A stretch of DNA of 62,128 bases, from positions 916,525 to 978,652 of the forward strand of contig CP070633.1 of assembly GCA_020356085.1 (NCBI GenBank), in the 5' to 3' direction. The position numbers were made by a program, and so were the translations under genes. Shown here one piece after another: positions 35,666 to 42,728 of the stretch (positions are counted from its first letter, which is position 1; every line of letters starts with the position of its first letter). The stretch is from Candidatus Coatesbacteria bacterium (lineage in GTDB: Bacteria; RBG-13-66-14; B26-G2; WVWN01). The notes under the pieces were generated by a model. The model made no database searches and was not told the origin of the DNA. It was given only the letters and a program-made list of their open reading frames with translations.

Positions 35666-36267
35666 TTCACGACCGCGATCTTACCGGTGTGCTTCTCGCC
35701 GGACTGGGTTTCGACGACGAACAGGTAGGTGCCGCCGGAAACCAGGTCGCCGTGCTCGTTGCGGCCGTCCCATTGCAGCGGGTCGCCCTCGAGCGCGATG
35801 ACCTCCCGGCCTTCCATGTCGAACACTTTCGCGCTCGAGCCGATGGGCGCGCCGGCGAACGTCAGGAGGGGCTGCGGAAGTGAAACGTCGAACGGGTTCG
35901 GCGCGGCGTAAATCTCCAACTCTACCGGCGCCTCGCCCCGGACGAGGATGTTGACCGTCGAACGCGAGCCCAGGCCGCCGGCTTCCTCGACGACGATCTG
36001 GTACTCGCCGCCGGCGTCGGCCGGAACGCGCCACATTATCATGCCGTCGGTCTCGCCGCCGTACTCGCCGAGGCTTTTGCGCCGGCCGTCCCACTTCAAC
36101 CACAGGTCGACCGGGTTGGTGGTCATGTTACGCCAGGTGACTTTTACGACCTGGCCGGGCTTCAACTCGGCTCCCTCGGGGGGATTGTTAAGCGTGAGTT
36201 CGCCGATACCGGCGGCGGCGCCGGCCAACGCCAACGCCGTAAACGCCCAGATGCGAAGAAACTTCAT
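35662..36267 (-). CDS. Secreted protein with FlgD-Ig-like / T9SS-type C-terminal sorting domain
   Basis: 201 aa with a signal peptide. The C-terminus reads ...APNPFDVS...AKVFDMEGREV...WDGRNEHGDLVSGGTYLFVVETQSGEKHTGKIAVVK. Its features (PNPF, GxY, terminal K-x-x-VVK) match T9SS type-A CTDs. Confidence 0.65.
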   Translation of the reverse strand: MKFLRIWAFTALALAGAAAGIGELTLNNPPEGAELKPGQVVKVTWRNMTTNPVDLWLKWDGRRKSLGEYGGETDGMIMWRVPADAGGEYQIVVEEAGGLGSRSTVNILVRGEAPVELEIYAAPNPFDVSLPQPLLTFAGAPIGSSAKVFDMEGREVIALEGDPLQWDGRNEHGDLVSGGTYLFVVETQSGEKHTGKIAVVK

Positions 36268-36360
36268 ATCTCTTTATCCCTCCCGCGTTTAAGGGTTTGC
36301 GAGCCGGGATTTTCCGTTCCTTCTCTACCGCCAATATAACATAGGGCTTGGGCGCCCGCA

Positions 36361-36387
36361 AAGGAAAAGCCGCCCCGGAGGGGCGGC
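36361..36387 (-). terminator. Intrinsic terminator after the PorV-like gene
   Basis: On the minus strand, GCCGCCCC-UCC-GGGGCGGC followed by UUUUCCUUU. Confidence 0.7.
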
Positions 36388-36419
36388 ATAACTTGCGCAA
36401 CCGTCCGGCCCGGCAGGTC

Positions 36420-37340
36420 CTAAAACAATATCCCGAGCGAGAGGCGGTGGGTAGCGCCGAAGATGCCCATGTCGGCATAGGCGTAGTCGGCCTGCAGACC
36501 TAGCCGTTCGGAGGGCGAGTACTTGAAGCCCAGGCCGCCGGTCAGGCCGTCCTCGTCGTAGTTCCCCTTGTAGCCAGCGCGCGCCGCCACGGTATCCATG
36601 AACCAGTATTCCAGGCCGCTGTTGACGTGCACGGTGTCTCGGTCGTCAAACTTCACCGCGTCCGCCGCGACGGTTAGGCTATTGTTCTCGCCGCCGAAGG
36701 GCAGCAGATACGCCGCGCCCCCTCGAATCGCCAGCGGGAGCGGGTCCCCCTCCTGGATGAACTTCATCTCGCCGCCCAGGTGCGCAAGGGAGGCGCCAGC
36801 CGAGAGCCCCGGCAGCGGCGTGTCGGCCGTCACGCCAAAGGCCCCCGCGAACGTGGAGGCGCTCTCGACTTCAATCTTCTCGGTTATATACTCCGCCGCT
36901 ACGCCGACCGAGAGGAAGGGCAGCAGCCGCCGCGCGTAGCCGAACGACAACAGCAGGTCGCTGGCGCTGAATTCGCCGGTGAGCTCGCCCTGTTCGTTGC
37001 GGCCTTCGATGGTGCCCAGGTCCACGCGCCCGGCGGAGAACGCGAACGTGCCCAGGTTCAACAACGGGTACGACAGGCCGAGGTATTCGTACCGCACGTC
37101 CTCCAGCCATTCGTTGTGGGTGAACGCGACGGCGCCGCGATCGTAGACGGCCAAGCCGGCGGGGTTCCAGTACAGCGCGTCCGGCCCCTCCGCGAGGGCG
37201 GCCTGCGCCTCCCCCATCCCGACGGCGCGGGCGCCGACGCCGATTTTCAGAAAAGCGGCGGCCGAGGAGCCCGCCTCCGCGGCGCCGGCGACGCCCGCCG
37301 CGACCACCATCGCTACTGCTACCGATATTACTTTACTCAT
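36420..37340 (-). CDS. PorV/PorQ-family outer-membrane beta-barrel protein
   Basis: 306 aa with a signal peptide. It carries the signature block AAAFLKIGVGARAVGMGEAQAALAEGPDALYWNPAGLA and ends in a beta-signal with terminal Phe (LSLGILF). Confidence 0.7.
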   Translation of the reverse strand: MSKVISVAVAMVVAAGVAGAAEAGSSAAAFLKIGVGARAVGMGEAQAALAEGPDALYWNPAGLAVYDRGAVAFTHNEWLEDVRYEYLGLSYPLLNLGTFAFSAGRVDLGTIEGRNEQGELTGEFSASDLLLSFGYARRLLPFLSVGVAAEYITEKIEVESASTFAGAFGVTADTPLPGLSAGASLAHLGGEMKFIQEGDPLPLAIRGGAAYLLPFGGENNSLTVAADAVKFDDRDTVHVNSGLEYWFMDTVAARAGYKGNYDEDGLTGGLGFKYSPSERLGLQADYAYADMGIFGATHRLSLGILF

Positions 37341-37374
37341 TTCTTTCCTCCACGGCGCCGGAGGGGCCGCCTTC

Positions 37375-38046
37375 CTAGCCGAGGCCGCGCCATACTCGCC
37401 GCGCCACTAAAGTCACCAACGACAATATCAGTACCGCGCCGACGCCGTTCTCTACCGCCAGCGCCAGCTGCGCGGAAAACGTATTCGCCAGAATCGCCGC
37501 CGTCCCGGGAAACAGCCCCTCCCACCCGATAACGAAGTAACTCGCGTAGGAGACCAGCGCCGCCGGGACGAACGCGCGTTGGCCCTGGAGATGGATCGCG
37601 AGTACGTCCAGTACGAAATACAGGACCGCGAACCAAAACGCGACGTTGAACGTCACCCACCCCAACCGTAACGGGCTGGTGCCGTAACGGCTCGAAAACC
37701 GCCACAGCCGGTACACCCACGCCCGCGCGAGCGCGGAGGGGTCGCGGTAGTCCCGGAAGCGGAGCTTGTACTCGCGCCGTTTAAGCTCGAGGCGGGTGCG
37801 ATACGCGCCGTCCGCGGCCGCGAACTCGCCCCCCCGGGCCAGCAACCGTTCGATTTCGCCCAGGCCGTACCGCACGGCATGCCGCGCCTCGTCGTCCAAC
37901 TCGTCGTGGAGACGAGAGGCCGCGGCGAAATACTCGTACAACTGTTCAGCCGCGGCGCGACGGCCCGAAGCCAGTTCGGCCGCGAGGCGTTCGTGCGCCG
38001 CGCGAAGCTCCGCCGGCCCGACCTCGGTTCTCTCGAATTCGCTCAC
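37375..38046 (-). CDS. Hypothetical membrane protein
   Basis: 223 aa, with a soluble helical N-terminal half followed by about 3 TM helices (WVTFNVAFWFAVLYFVLDVLAI...). Confidence 0.45.
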   Translation of the reverse strand: MSEFERTEVGPAELRAAHERLAAELASGRRAAAEQLYEYFAAASRLHDELDDEARHAVRYGLGEIERLLARGGEFAAADGAYRTRLELKRREYKLRFRDYRDPSALARAWVYRLWRFSSRYGTSPLRLGWVTFNVAFWFAVLYFVLDVLAIHLQGQRAFVPAALVSYASYFVIGWEGLFPGTAAILANTFSAQLALAVENGVGAVLILSLVTLVARRVWRGLG

Positions 38047-38108
38047 GTACCGTAACCTAAAATCCTAACACCGGAGGCAAGTTTTGTCAAGTTGGGGCAC
38101 CCCCACCC

Positions 38109-38137
38109 TTGACTTTGTGTTAGCATTATGATATACA
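38109..38137 (+). promoter_or_regulatory. Putative sigma70-type promoter with extended -10
   Basis: TTGACT (38109..38114), a 17-nt spacer ending in TGa, then TATACA (38132..38137). It lies about 30 nt upstream of the small ORF at 38169. Confidence 0.45.
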
Positions 38138-38168
38138 TAGTATAGCATATAGGAAGGGGGCCCCTTAG

Positions 38169-38321
38169 ATGTTGAAAGAAGTAGTGCTTTACCTCGGCCG
38201 CCTGGCGAGGGAGCGGTTCTACGGGTCGGTGGAACTCAAGTTCGAAGCCGGCCGGGTCGTATTCGTACGGGTTAACCGCACGCTAAAAGTAGAGGACTTG
38301 GCCGGCGGCGGGGAGAAGTAA
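38169..38321 (+). CDS. Small YezD/DUF2292-like protein (50 aa; absent from the ORF track)
   Basis: The product is MLKEVVLYLGRLARERFYGSVELKFEAGRVVFVRVNRTLKVEDLAGGGEK. The core (F/Y)GSVxLK...G+VV resembles the DUF2292 family. It has a GGAAGGGGG RBS and its own promoter. Confidence 0.5.
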   Translation: MLKEVVLYLGRLARERFYGSVELKFEAGRVVFVRVNRTLKVEDLAGGGEK

Positions 38322-38349
38322 AAGCGAGCAGGCCCGCCGGCCTGCTCGC
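38320..38349. terminator. Hairpin terminator between convergent genes
   Basis: 11-bp stem GCGAGCAGGCC-CGCC-GGCCTGCTCGC. A U4 tract is present only on the minus strand, serving 38372..38953. Confidence 0.6.
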
Positions 38350-38371
38350 CGAACCGTCCAGCCCGGGGCGG

Positions 38372-38953
38372 TTATTGCGCGAGCTCCAAGCTAGTCCAGT
38401 CGAGCCAGAGTTCTACCTTTTGGAGGTATTTCGTCCGAAGCTCGAAGACGAAGGCCTCGTTGACGTCGAAGTTTATCTGGAACGTATAATATTTATCAGG
38501 GTCGGGGAAGTCCTTGCGGCGGAGGGCTTTCCCGGTTAATACTTTAAAATCTTCCCGATTGGCCTTGGGCGAACCGGCGACGTCAAGCCACAGGACCTGG
38601 TCGTCGTTGTCGGGTAGGCTCGCGGCCTTGAGGCGCCCTCGCGCGATGTAGGCGCCGGGCGCGATCTCCTCGTACGGCCCCCAGGCGACGAATTCGTCGA
38701 TCTTGGCGCCCCCCGACTTCACGTACAACGACATCTGGTTGGAGGCCGCGGGGTCGGAGGTCAACTCGCCGAGCGTCACCTCCGGGCCCAGCTCTTCCGC
38801 CTCGTAGACTTTCCGCAGGGGATTGGCATCCGCGGGAATCGTTTTAACGATCTTGGGGGGTGGGAGGATCTCCTCCTCCTTGGGCGCTTTCTGGCACCCC
38901 GCCAACAACGCGAGGGCTAAAACCCCGCCTGCCGCCGCCGTAACGTACCTCAT
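38372..38953 (-). CDS. Lipoprotein (hypothetical)
   Basis: 193 aa with a lipobox (LALLAGC). No family was recognised. Confidence 0.5.
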   Translation of the reverse strand: MRYVTAAAGGVLALALLAGCQKAPKEEEILPPPKIVKTIPADANPLRKVYEAEELGPEVTLGELTSDPAASNQMSLYVKSGGAKIDEFVAWGPYEEIAPGAYIARGRLKAASLPDNDDQVLWLDVAGSPKANREDFKVLTGKALRRKDFPDPDKYYTFQINFDVNEAFVFELRTKYLQKVELWLDWTSLELAQ

Positions 38954-38993
38954 GTTTTACCTCCGAATAATCTCCCGCTTCATTACCAGCGGT

Positions 38994-40037
38994 TTAGTTG
39001 CGGATTTCGATAATCGGTTGCGCCGCCCCGAAAACCTCGCCCACGATCGCCGCCGGCTCTCCCGCCGCCGCGACGTACGTCTGCACCTCGGCCGGCGGCA
39101 CGAAGACTAGCAGGCCCCCGGAGGTCTGCGGGTCGGCGGCCACGTTCAACAGCGTCGCCGGGAAATCGGGCGCAACGTCGAGGTGCGGTTGCACGAACTT
39201 TAAATTCTTCACCAGACCGCCGGGGACGTACGTGTCGGCGAGTTCGCGAACGCCCTCCAGCAGCGGGAGGCGCGAACCGTACAGGCGGATCCCGATACCG
39301 GAGGCGCACGCCACTTCCCAGGCGTGGCCGAGCAGGCCGAAGCCGGTAACGTCCGTGGCACACGTGACGCCGGCCGCGGCCATCGCCGCGGCGGCCCCTC
39401 GGCTGCTCTGCAACATGCTGCGGCGCGAGGCGGCCTCCGCCTCCGGCGGGCACTCGCCGGCCTTCACCGCCGTCTGGATAATGCCGGTACCCAGCGCCTT
39501 CGTCAACACGACGGCGTCGCCCTCCCGGGCGCCGGCGTTCGTAACGAGGCGGTCCGGATGGACCATCCCGAGCGCCGCCAACCCGTACAGGACATCCGGC
39601 GACTTGACGGTGTGGCCGCCGGCGAGCAGCACGCCCTCCTGCTCGCACGTCGCCGCGCCTCCGCGGAGTATCTCCTTCAGCGTCTCGTCCGGCAATTCCT
39701 CGTGGCGAAAGGCGACGACGTTGAGCGCCAGGAACGGTTCGCCGCCCATGGCGTAGACGTCCGACAGCGCGTTCATCGCCGCGATGCGGCCGTAGTCGTA
39801 CGGGTCGTCGACGATGGGCGTAAAGAAGTCGACGGTGGCGATGAGGGCTTGCTCGTCGTTGAGCCGGTAAACCGCCGCGTCCTCGCCGTAAGACGTCGCC
39901 GCGAGGAGCCGCGGGTCCTCGGGAAGGGGCAGATCCGCCAGGATTTCGGCCAACGCCTCGGCCGGGACTTTGGCGGCTCAACCGGCGGCGGAGGCGCACT
40001 CCGTTAAGCGCACCGCGTTTGTCTTTTCGTCAGACAT
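38994..40037 (-). CDS. selD: Selenide, water dikinase (selenophosphate synthetase), selenocysteine-containing form
   Basis: The ORF track starts at an internal TTG (39953). Reading upstream in frame from the ATG at 40037 gives MSDEKTNAVRLTECASAAG-U-AAKVPAEALAEIL.... The TGA at 39978..39980 sits where other SelD proteins have the catalytic Cys, and the Lys is 3 residues later (C/U-x-x-K). The downstream body has typical SelD/PurM-like blocks (DFFTPIVDDPYDYGRIAAMNALSDVYAMGG). Confidence 0.85.
39935..39977 (-). promoter_or_regulatory. Candidate bacterial SECIS stem-loop
   Basis: It lies immediately 3' of the UGA. The outer stem is CCGCCA/UGGCGG (39976..39971 with 39940..39935). The inner stem is CGGCC/GGCCG, with apical loop GAGGCGUU. 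Confidence 0.5.
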
Positions 40038-40046
40038 CGAACGTTT

Positions 40047-40075
40047 ATATTAGCACAAAGCGCCGGCGAAATCAA
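40047..40075 (-). promoter_or_regulatory. Near-consensus promoter for selD (predicts an almost leaderless mRNA)
   Basis: On the minus strand, TTGATT (40075..40070), a 17-nt spacer ending in TGc, then TAATAT (40052..40047). The ATG at 40037 is about 3 nt from the predicted start, and there is no SD sequence. Confidence 0.55.
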
Positions 40076-40093
40076 ATAATTACGGCTCGGCGC

Positions 40094-40122
40094 TTGACGC
40101 CCCTAGCGCGATAAGGTATAGT
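40094..40122 (+). promoter_or_regulatory. Near-consensus sigma70-type promoter for the 40165..42663 operon
   Basis: TTGACG, a 17-nt spacer, then TATAGT. A GGAGG RBS lies 6 nt before the ATG at 40165. Confidence 0.6.
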
Positions 40123-40164
40123 ACCGTTCAAGGATCGGCCGCCGCGCTCCCGCGGAGGCGAAAT

Positions 40165-40815
40165 ATGAAAGGCGACATATTAAAAATTAAGCCGTACCAT
40201 ACCGCCGCGGCGCGGGCGGCGTTCGCCCTCCTCGCGGACGAGATCGCGCCGGCCGCCGGCCGCTTCGTCGTCGCCGTGGGAGGCGAATCCGGCTCCGGCA
40301 AATCAGAAATCGCCGCGGAGCTGGCCCGCCTCGCCGCCGAAGACGGCCTCTCCTCGTTAATTCTCCAGCAGGACGACTATTTCCGCCTCCCGCCCCAAAC
40401 CAACGCCCGCCGCCGGCGGGAGGATTTCGAGTGGGTAGGGCCGGGCGAGGTCCGCCTGGACCTGCTGGACGAACACCTCCGCCTGGCCCACGACCCGGCG
40501 GTCGCCGAAATCGAAAAGCCCCTCTCGCTGTTCGAGGAAGACACGCTGGCTTCCGAAACGGTATCGCTGGAGGGCGTCAAGCTCGTTATCGTAGAGGGGA
40601 CGTACACGGCCTCGCTGTCGCACGCGGACCGCCGCCTCTTCCTCACCCGCGATTACCGCGCGACGGCCGCGGCGCGCGCCGAACGCGGCCGCGAGGCCCA
40701 GGACGACTTCCTGGAGCGCGTCCTGGCGCGCGAGCACGAATTCATCGCGCCGCTGCGGGAAAAAGCGGACTTCCTGATCGACGACGACTACTCCGTCACG
40801 GCGGTGGAAAAATGA
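40165..40815 (+). CDS. P-loop kinase of the uridine kinase/phosphoribulokinase family
   Basis: 216 aa with Walker A (VAVGGESGSGKSEIA) followed by QQDDYF. The overall layout is like Udk/PRK-family kinases. Confidence 0.65.
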   Translation: MKGDILKIKPYHTAAARAAFALLADEIAPAAGRFVVAVGGESGSGKSEIAAELARLAAEDGLSSLILQQDDYFRLPPQTNARRRREDFEWVGPGEVRLDLLDEHLRLAHDPAVAEIEKPLSLFEEDTLASETVSLEGVKLVIVEGTYTASLSHADRRLFLTRDYRATAAARAERGREAQDDFLERVLAREHEFIAPLREKADFLIDDDYSVTAVEK

Positions 40816-42050
40816 CGCTCTCGCGACTCGGCCTGTTCTCGGTCCACGGCTACGTCGAGGCCGAGCCCCGCCTCGGCGCCACCGACACCGGCGGCCAGGT
40901 GACGTACGTCCTGGAGCTGGCGCGCGCCCTCGCCGGCCAGGGCGTAGCGGTCGACCTCTATACGCGGCAGTTCGACAACCGCCCGGAGGAGGAGGCGGCG
41001 GGGGAGGGCGTTCGCCTTCGGCGGATCCCGTGCGGGCCCTTGGGATTCGTAATCAAGGAGGAGCTGTACCCGTACTGGCCGGAATTCGTCGACCGCTGCG
41101 AACGTTATATGGGCGCACACGGTCTCTCCTACGACCTACTCCACTCGCACTATTGGGACGCCGGCTACGCGTGCCGGCTGCTCGCGCCGCGGTTGGGCAT
41201 CCCGTTCGTCCACACCTCCCACTCGCTGGGCGCCTGGAAACGCGAGCTGATGGGCGGGGACCCGGCGGAGATGGAGAAGCTGTACCACTTCGACGAGCGC
41301 GTGGCGGAGGAGAGCCGCGTTTTCGCCGCCGCCGCGGGCCTTACCGTCACCAACCCCGCCTCCGTCGAGAAGTACCGCGAGTACTACGGCGTGGAGGCGG
41401 GCCCGAACATGGTCGTGATCCCGCCGGGCGTGAACACCGACCGGTTCAACGCGACGGACGACGGCCGCGCCGTCGCGGCGACGGAGGGGCCCTACCACTT
41501 CGCGCTGAGCCGGATCGACACCAACAAGGGCCTGGACTTCCTGCTCCACGCCTTCGCGCGCGTCGCCCCAGAGGCGCCGACGCTACGGCTGGTCATCGGC
41601 GGCGGCTCGGCCGAGCCGCAGGAGCGGGAGCGGCGCGTCCGGGAGGAACTCCAGGACGTCGCCGCCACGCACGGCCTGGAGGGCCGCGTGACGTTCACGG
41701 GCTACGTTACCGACGACGACCTCCCCTACTACTACCGCCGGGCCGAGGCCTTCGTCCTCCCCTCCAAGTTCGAGCCGTTCGGGATGACGGCGCTGGAGGC
41801 CATGGCCTGCGGGACGCCGGTGGTCGCCACCAATCTCGGCGGCCTAGCCCGCTTTCTGGTCGACGGCCGCGACGCCCTCCTGGTGGACCCCTCCGTCACG
41901 GAGGAGCTGGCCGGGGCCCTCCGCCGCCTCGTCGTCAACCCGGACCTAGCGGCACAGCTGGTGGCCGCGGGCCACGAGACTATCGCCGGCGAGTTCACGT
42001 GGGAGGCCATAGCCCGGAAGCATCTCGCTTTTTACGAGCGATTCGTATGA
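40812..42050 (+). CDS. Sucrose-phosphate-synthase-like glycosyltransferase (GT4, GT-B)
   Basis: The start is taken at MTLSRLGLFSVHGYV, with an ATGA overlap onto the kinase stop. It carries GATDTGGQVTYVLELARALA, the SPS/SuSy-type N-terminal signature, and a C-terminal PSKFEPFGMTALEAMACGTPVVAT block. The long N-terminal extension in the ORF track is an out-of-frame overlap artefact. Confidence 0.8.
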   Translation: MTLSRLGLFSVHGYVEAEPRLGATDTGGQVTYVLELARALAGQGVAVDLYTRQFDNRPEEEAAGEGVRLRRIPCGPLGFVIKEELYPYWPEFVDRCERYMGAHGLSYDLLHSHYWDAGYACRLLAPRLGIPFVHTSHSLGAWKRELMGGDPAEMEKLYHFDERVAEESRVFAAAAGLTVTNPASVEKYREYYGVEAGPNMVVIPPGVNTDRFNATDDGRAVAATEGPYHFALSRIDTNKGLDFLLHAFARVAPEAPTLRLVIGGGSAEPQERERRVREELQDVAATHGLEGRVTFTGYVTDDDLPYYYRRAEAFVLPSKFEPFGMTALEAMACGTPVVATNLGGLARFLVDGRDALLVDPSVTEELAGALRRLVVNPDLAAQLVAAGHETIAGEFTWEAIARKHLAFYERFV

Positions 42051-42103
42051 ACCGCCGGCGGGAGGCGCAACGCCGCCGCCCCACCCGGCAAAAGGAGGCC
42101 GCG

Positions 42104-42322
42104 ATGGCCGCGCCGCAATGTCTGTTCTGCAACTGGAAGATGGAGAACTTCGGCAACCAGAACGTCGACGACAACTGCCCCGACGAGTGCACCGTCAAGC
42201 AACTTAAGAAGCAGGGGACGCGCCTCAACCAGATGACGCTGGTGCAGGGCCGGAAATTCAAGAAGCTCCTCGAGGTCTTGGACGTCCCGCCCGAGAAGTT
42301 CGACGCGGCCGAGAAAGAGTAA
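42104..42322 (+). CDS. Small Cys-containing protein (possible zinc ribbon)
   Basis: 72 aa, MAAPQCLFCNW...DDNCPDEC... (CxxC-x17-CxxxC). A strong RBS (AAAGGAGG) lies 5 nt upstream. An alternative coupled start is at 42047, with an ATGA overlap. Confidence 0.45.
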   Translation: MAAPQCLFCNWKMENFGNQNVDDNCPDECTVKQLKKQGTRLNQMTLVQGRKFKKLLEVLDVPPEKFDAAEKE

Positions 42323-42363
42323 GCCCCGCCGCCAACGCAGCACGCTAACCGCGGAGGAACGCC

Positions 42364-42663
42364 ATGCCCTCGCTCTTCCGTCAGTTTAAGAGTTTCATGA
42401 AGGAGTACAGCGTCTCCGGCGTTGCCGTCGGTATCGTCATGGGTATCGCCGTCCGCGACTACGCCTCCGCGCTGGTAGACGACCTGATCATGCCGATCGC
42501 CAACGCCTTTATGCCCGACACGGCGTGGACGGAGTGGGCGTTGACGTTGGGGGAGGTGAAGATCCGCGCCGGCCACCTCCTCTCGGCCTCCATAACGTTC
42601 CTCGTCATCTGCTTTATAATTTTCGTCTTCGCGCGGTTGGCCGTGCGGGCGGACCGGAAGTAG
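42364..42663 (+). CDS. mscL: Large-conductance mechanosensitive channel (short form)
   Basis: 99 aa. FKSFMKEYSVSGVAVGIVMGIAVRDYASALVDDLIMPI matches the MscL TM1 and loop signature, and a second TM helix lies near the C-terminus. Confidence 0.7.
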   Translation: MPSLFRQFKSFMKEYSVSGVAVGIVMGIAVRDYASALVDDLIMPIANAFMPDTAWTEWALTLGEVKIRAGHLLSASITFLVICFIIFVFARLAVRADRK

Positions 42664-42688
42664 GTCTCACAGAAAGCGTAAAAAGGAA

Positions 42689-42712
42689 AGCCCCCTCCCG
42701 GGGGCTTTTTTT
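42689..42712 (+). terminator. Intrinsic terminator
   Basis: AGCCCC-CTCCC-GGGGCT followed by T7, 26 nt after the mscL stop. Confidence 0.85.
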
Positions 42713-42728
42713 CTTGTCCAACTAGGCC

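Noticed and set aside
40431-40811. N-terminal 127-codon extension of the SPS-like ORF in the track.
   Set aside because: It overlaps the kinase gene in another frame and has an Arg/Pro-rich translation. The conserved GT N-terminus starts at the ATG at 40812, which is coupled to the kinase stop.
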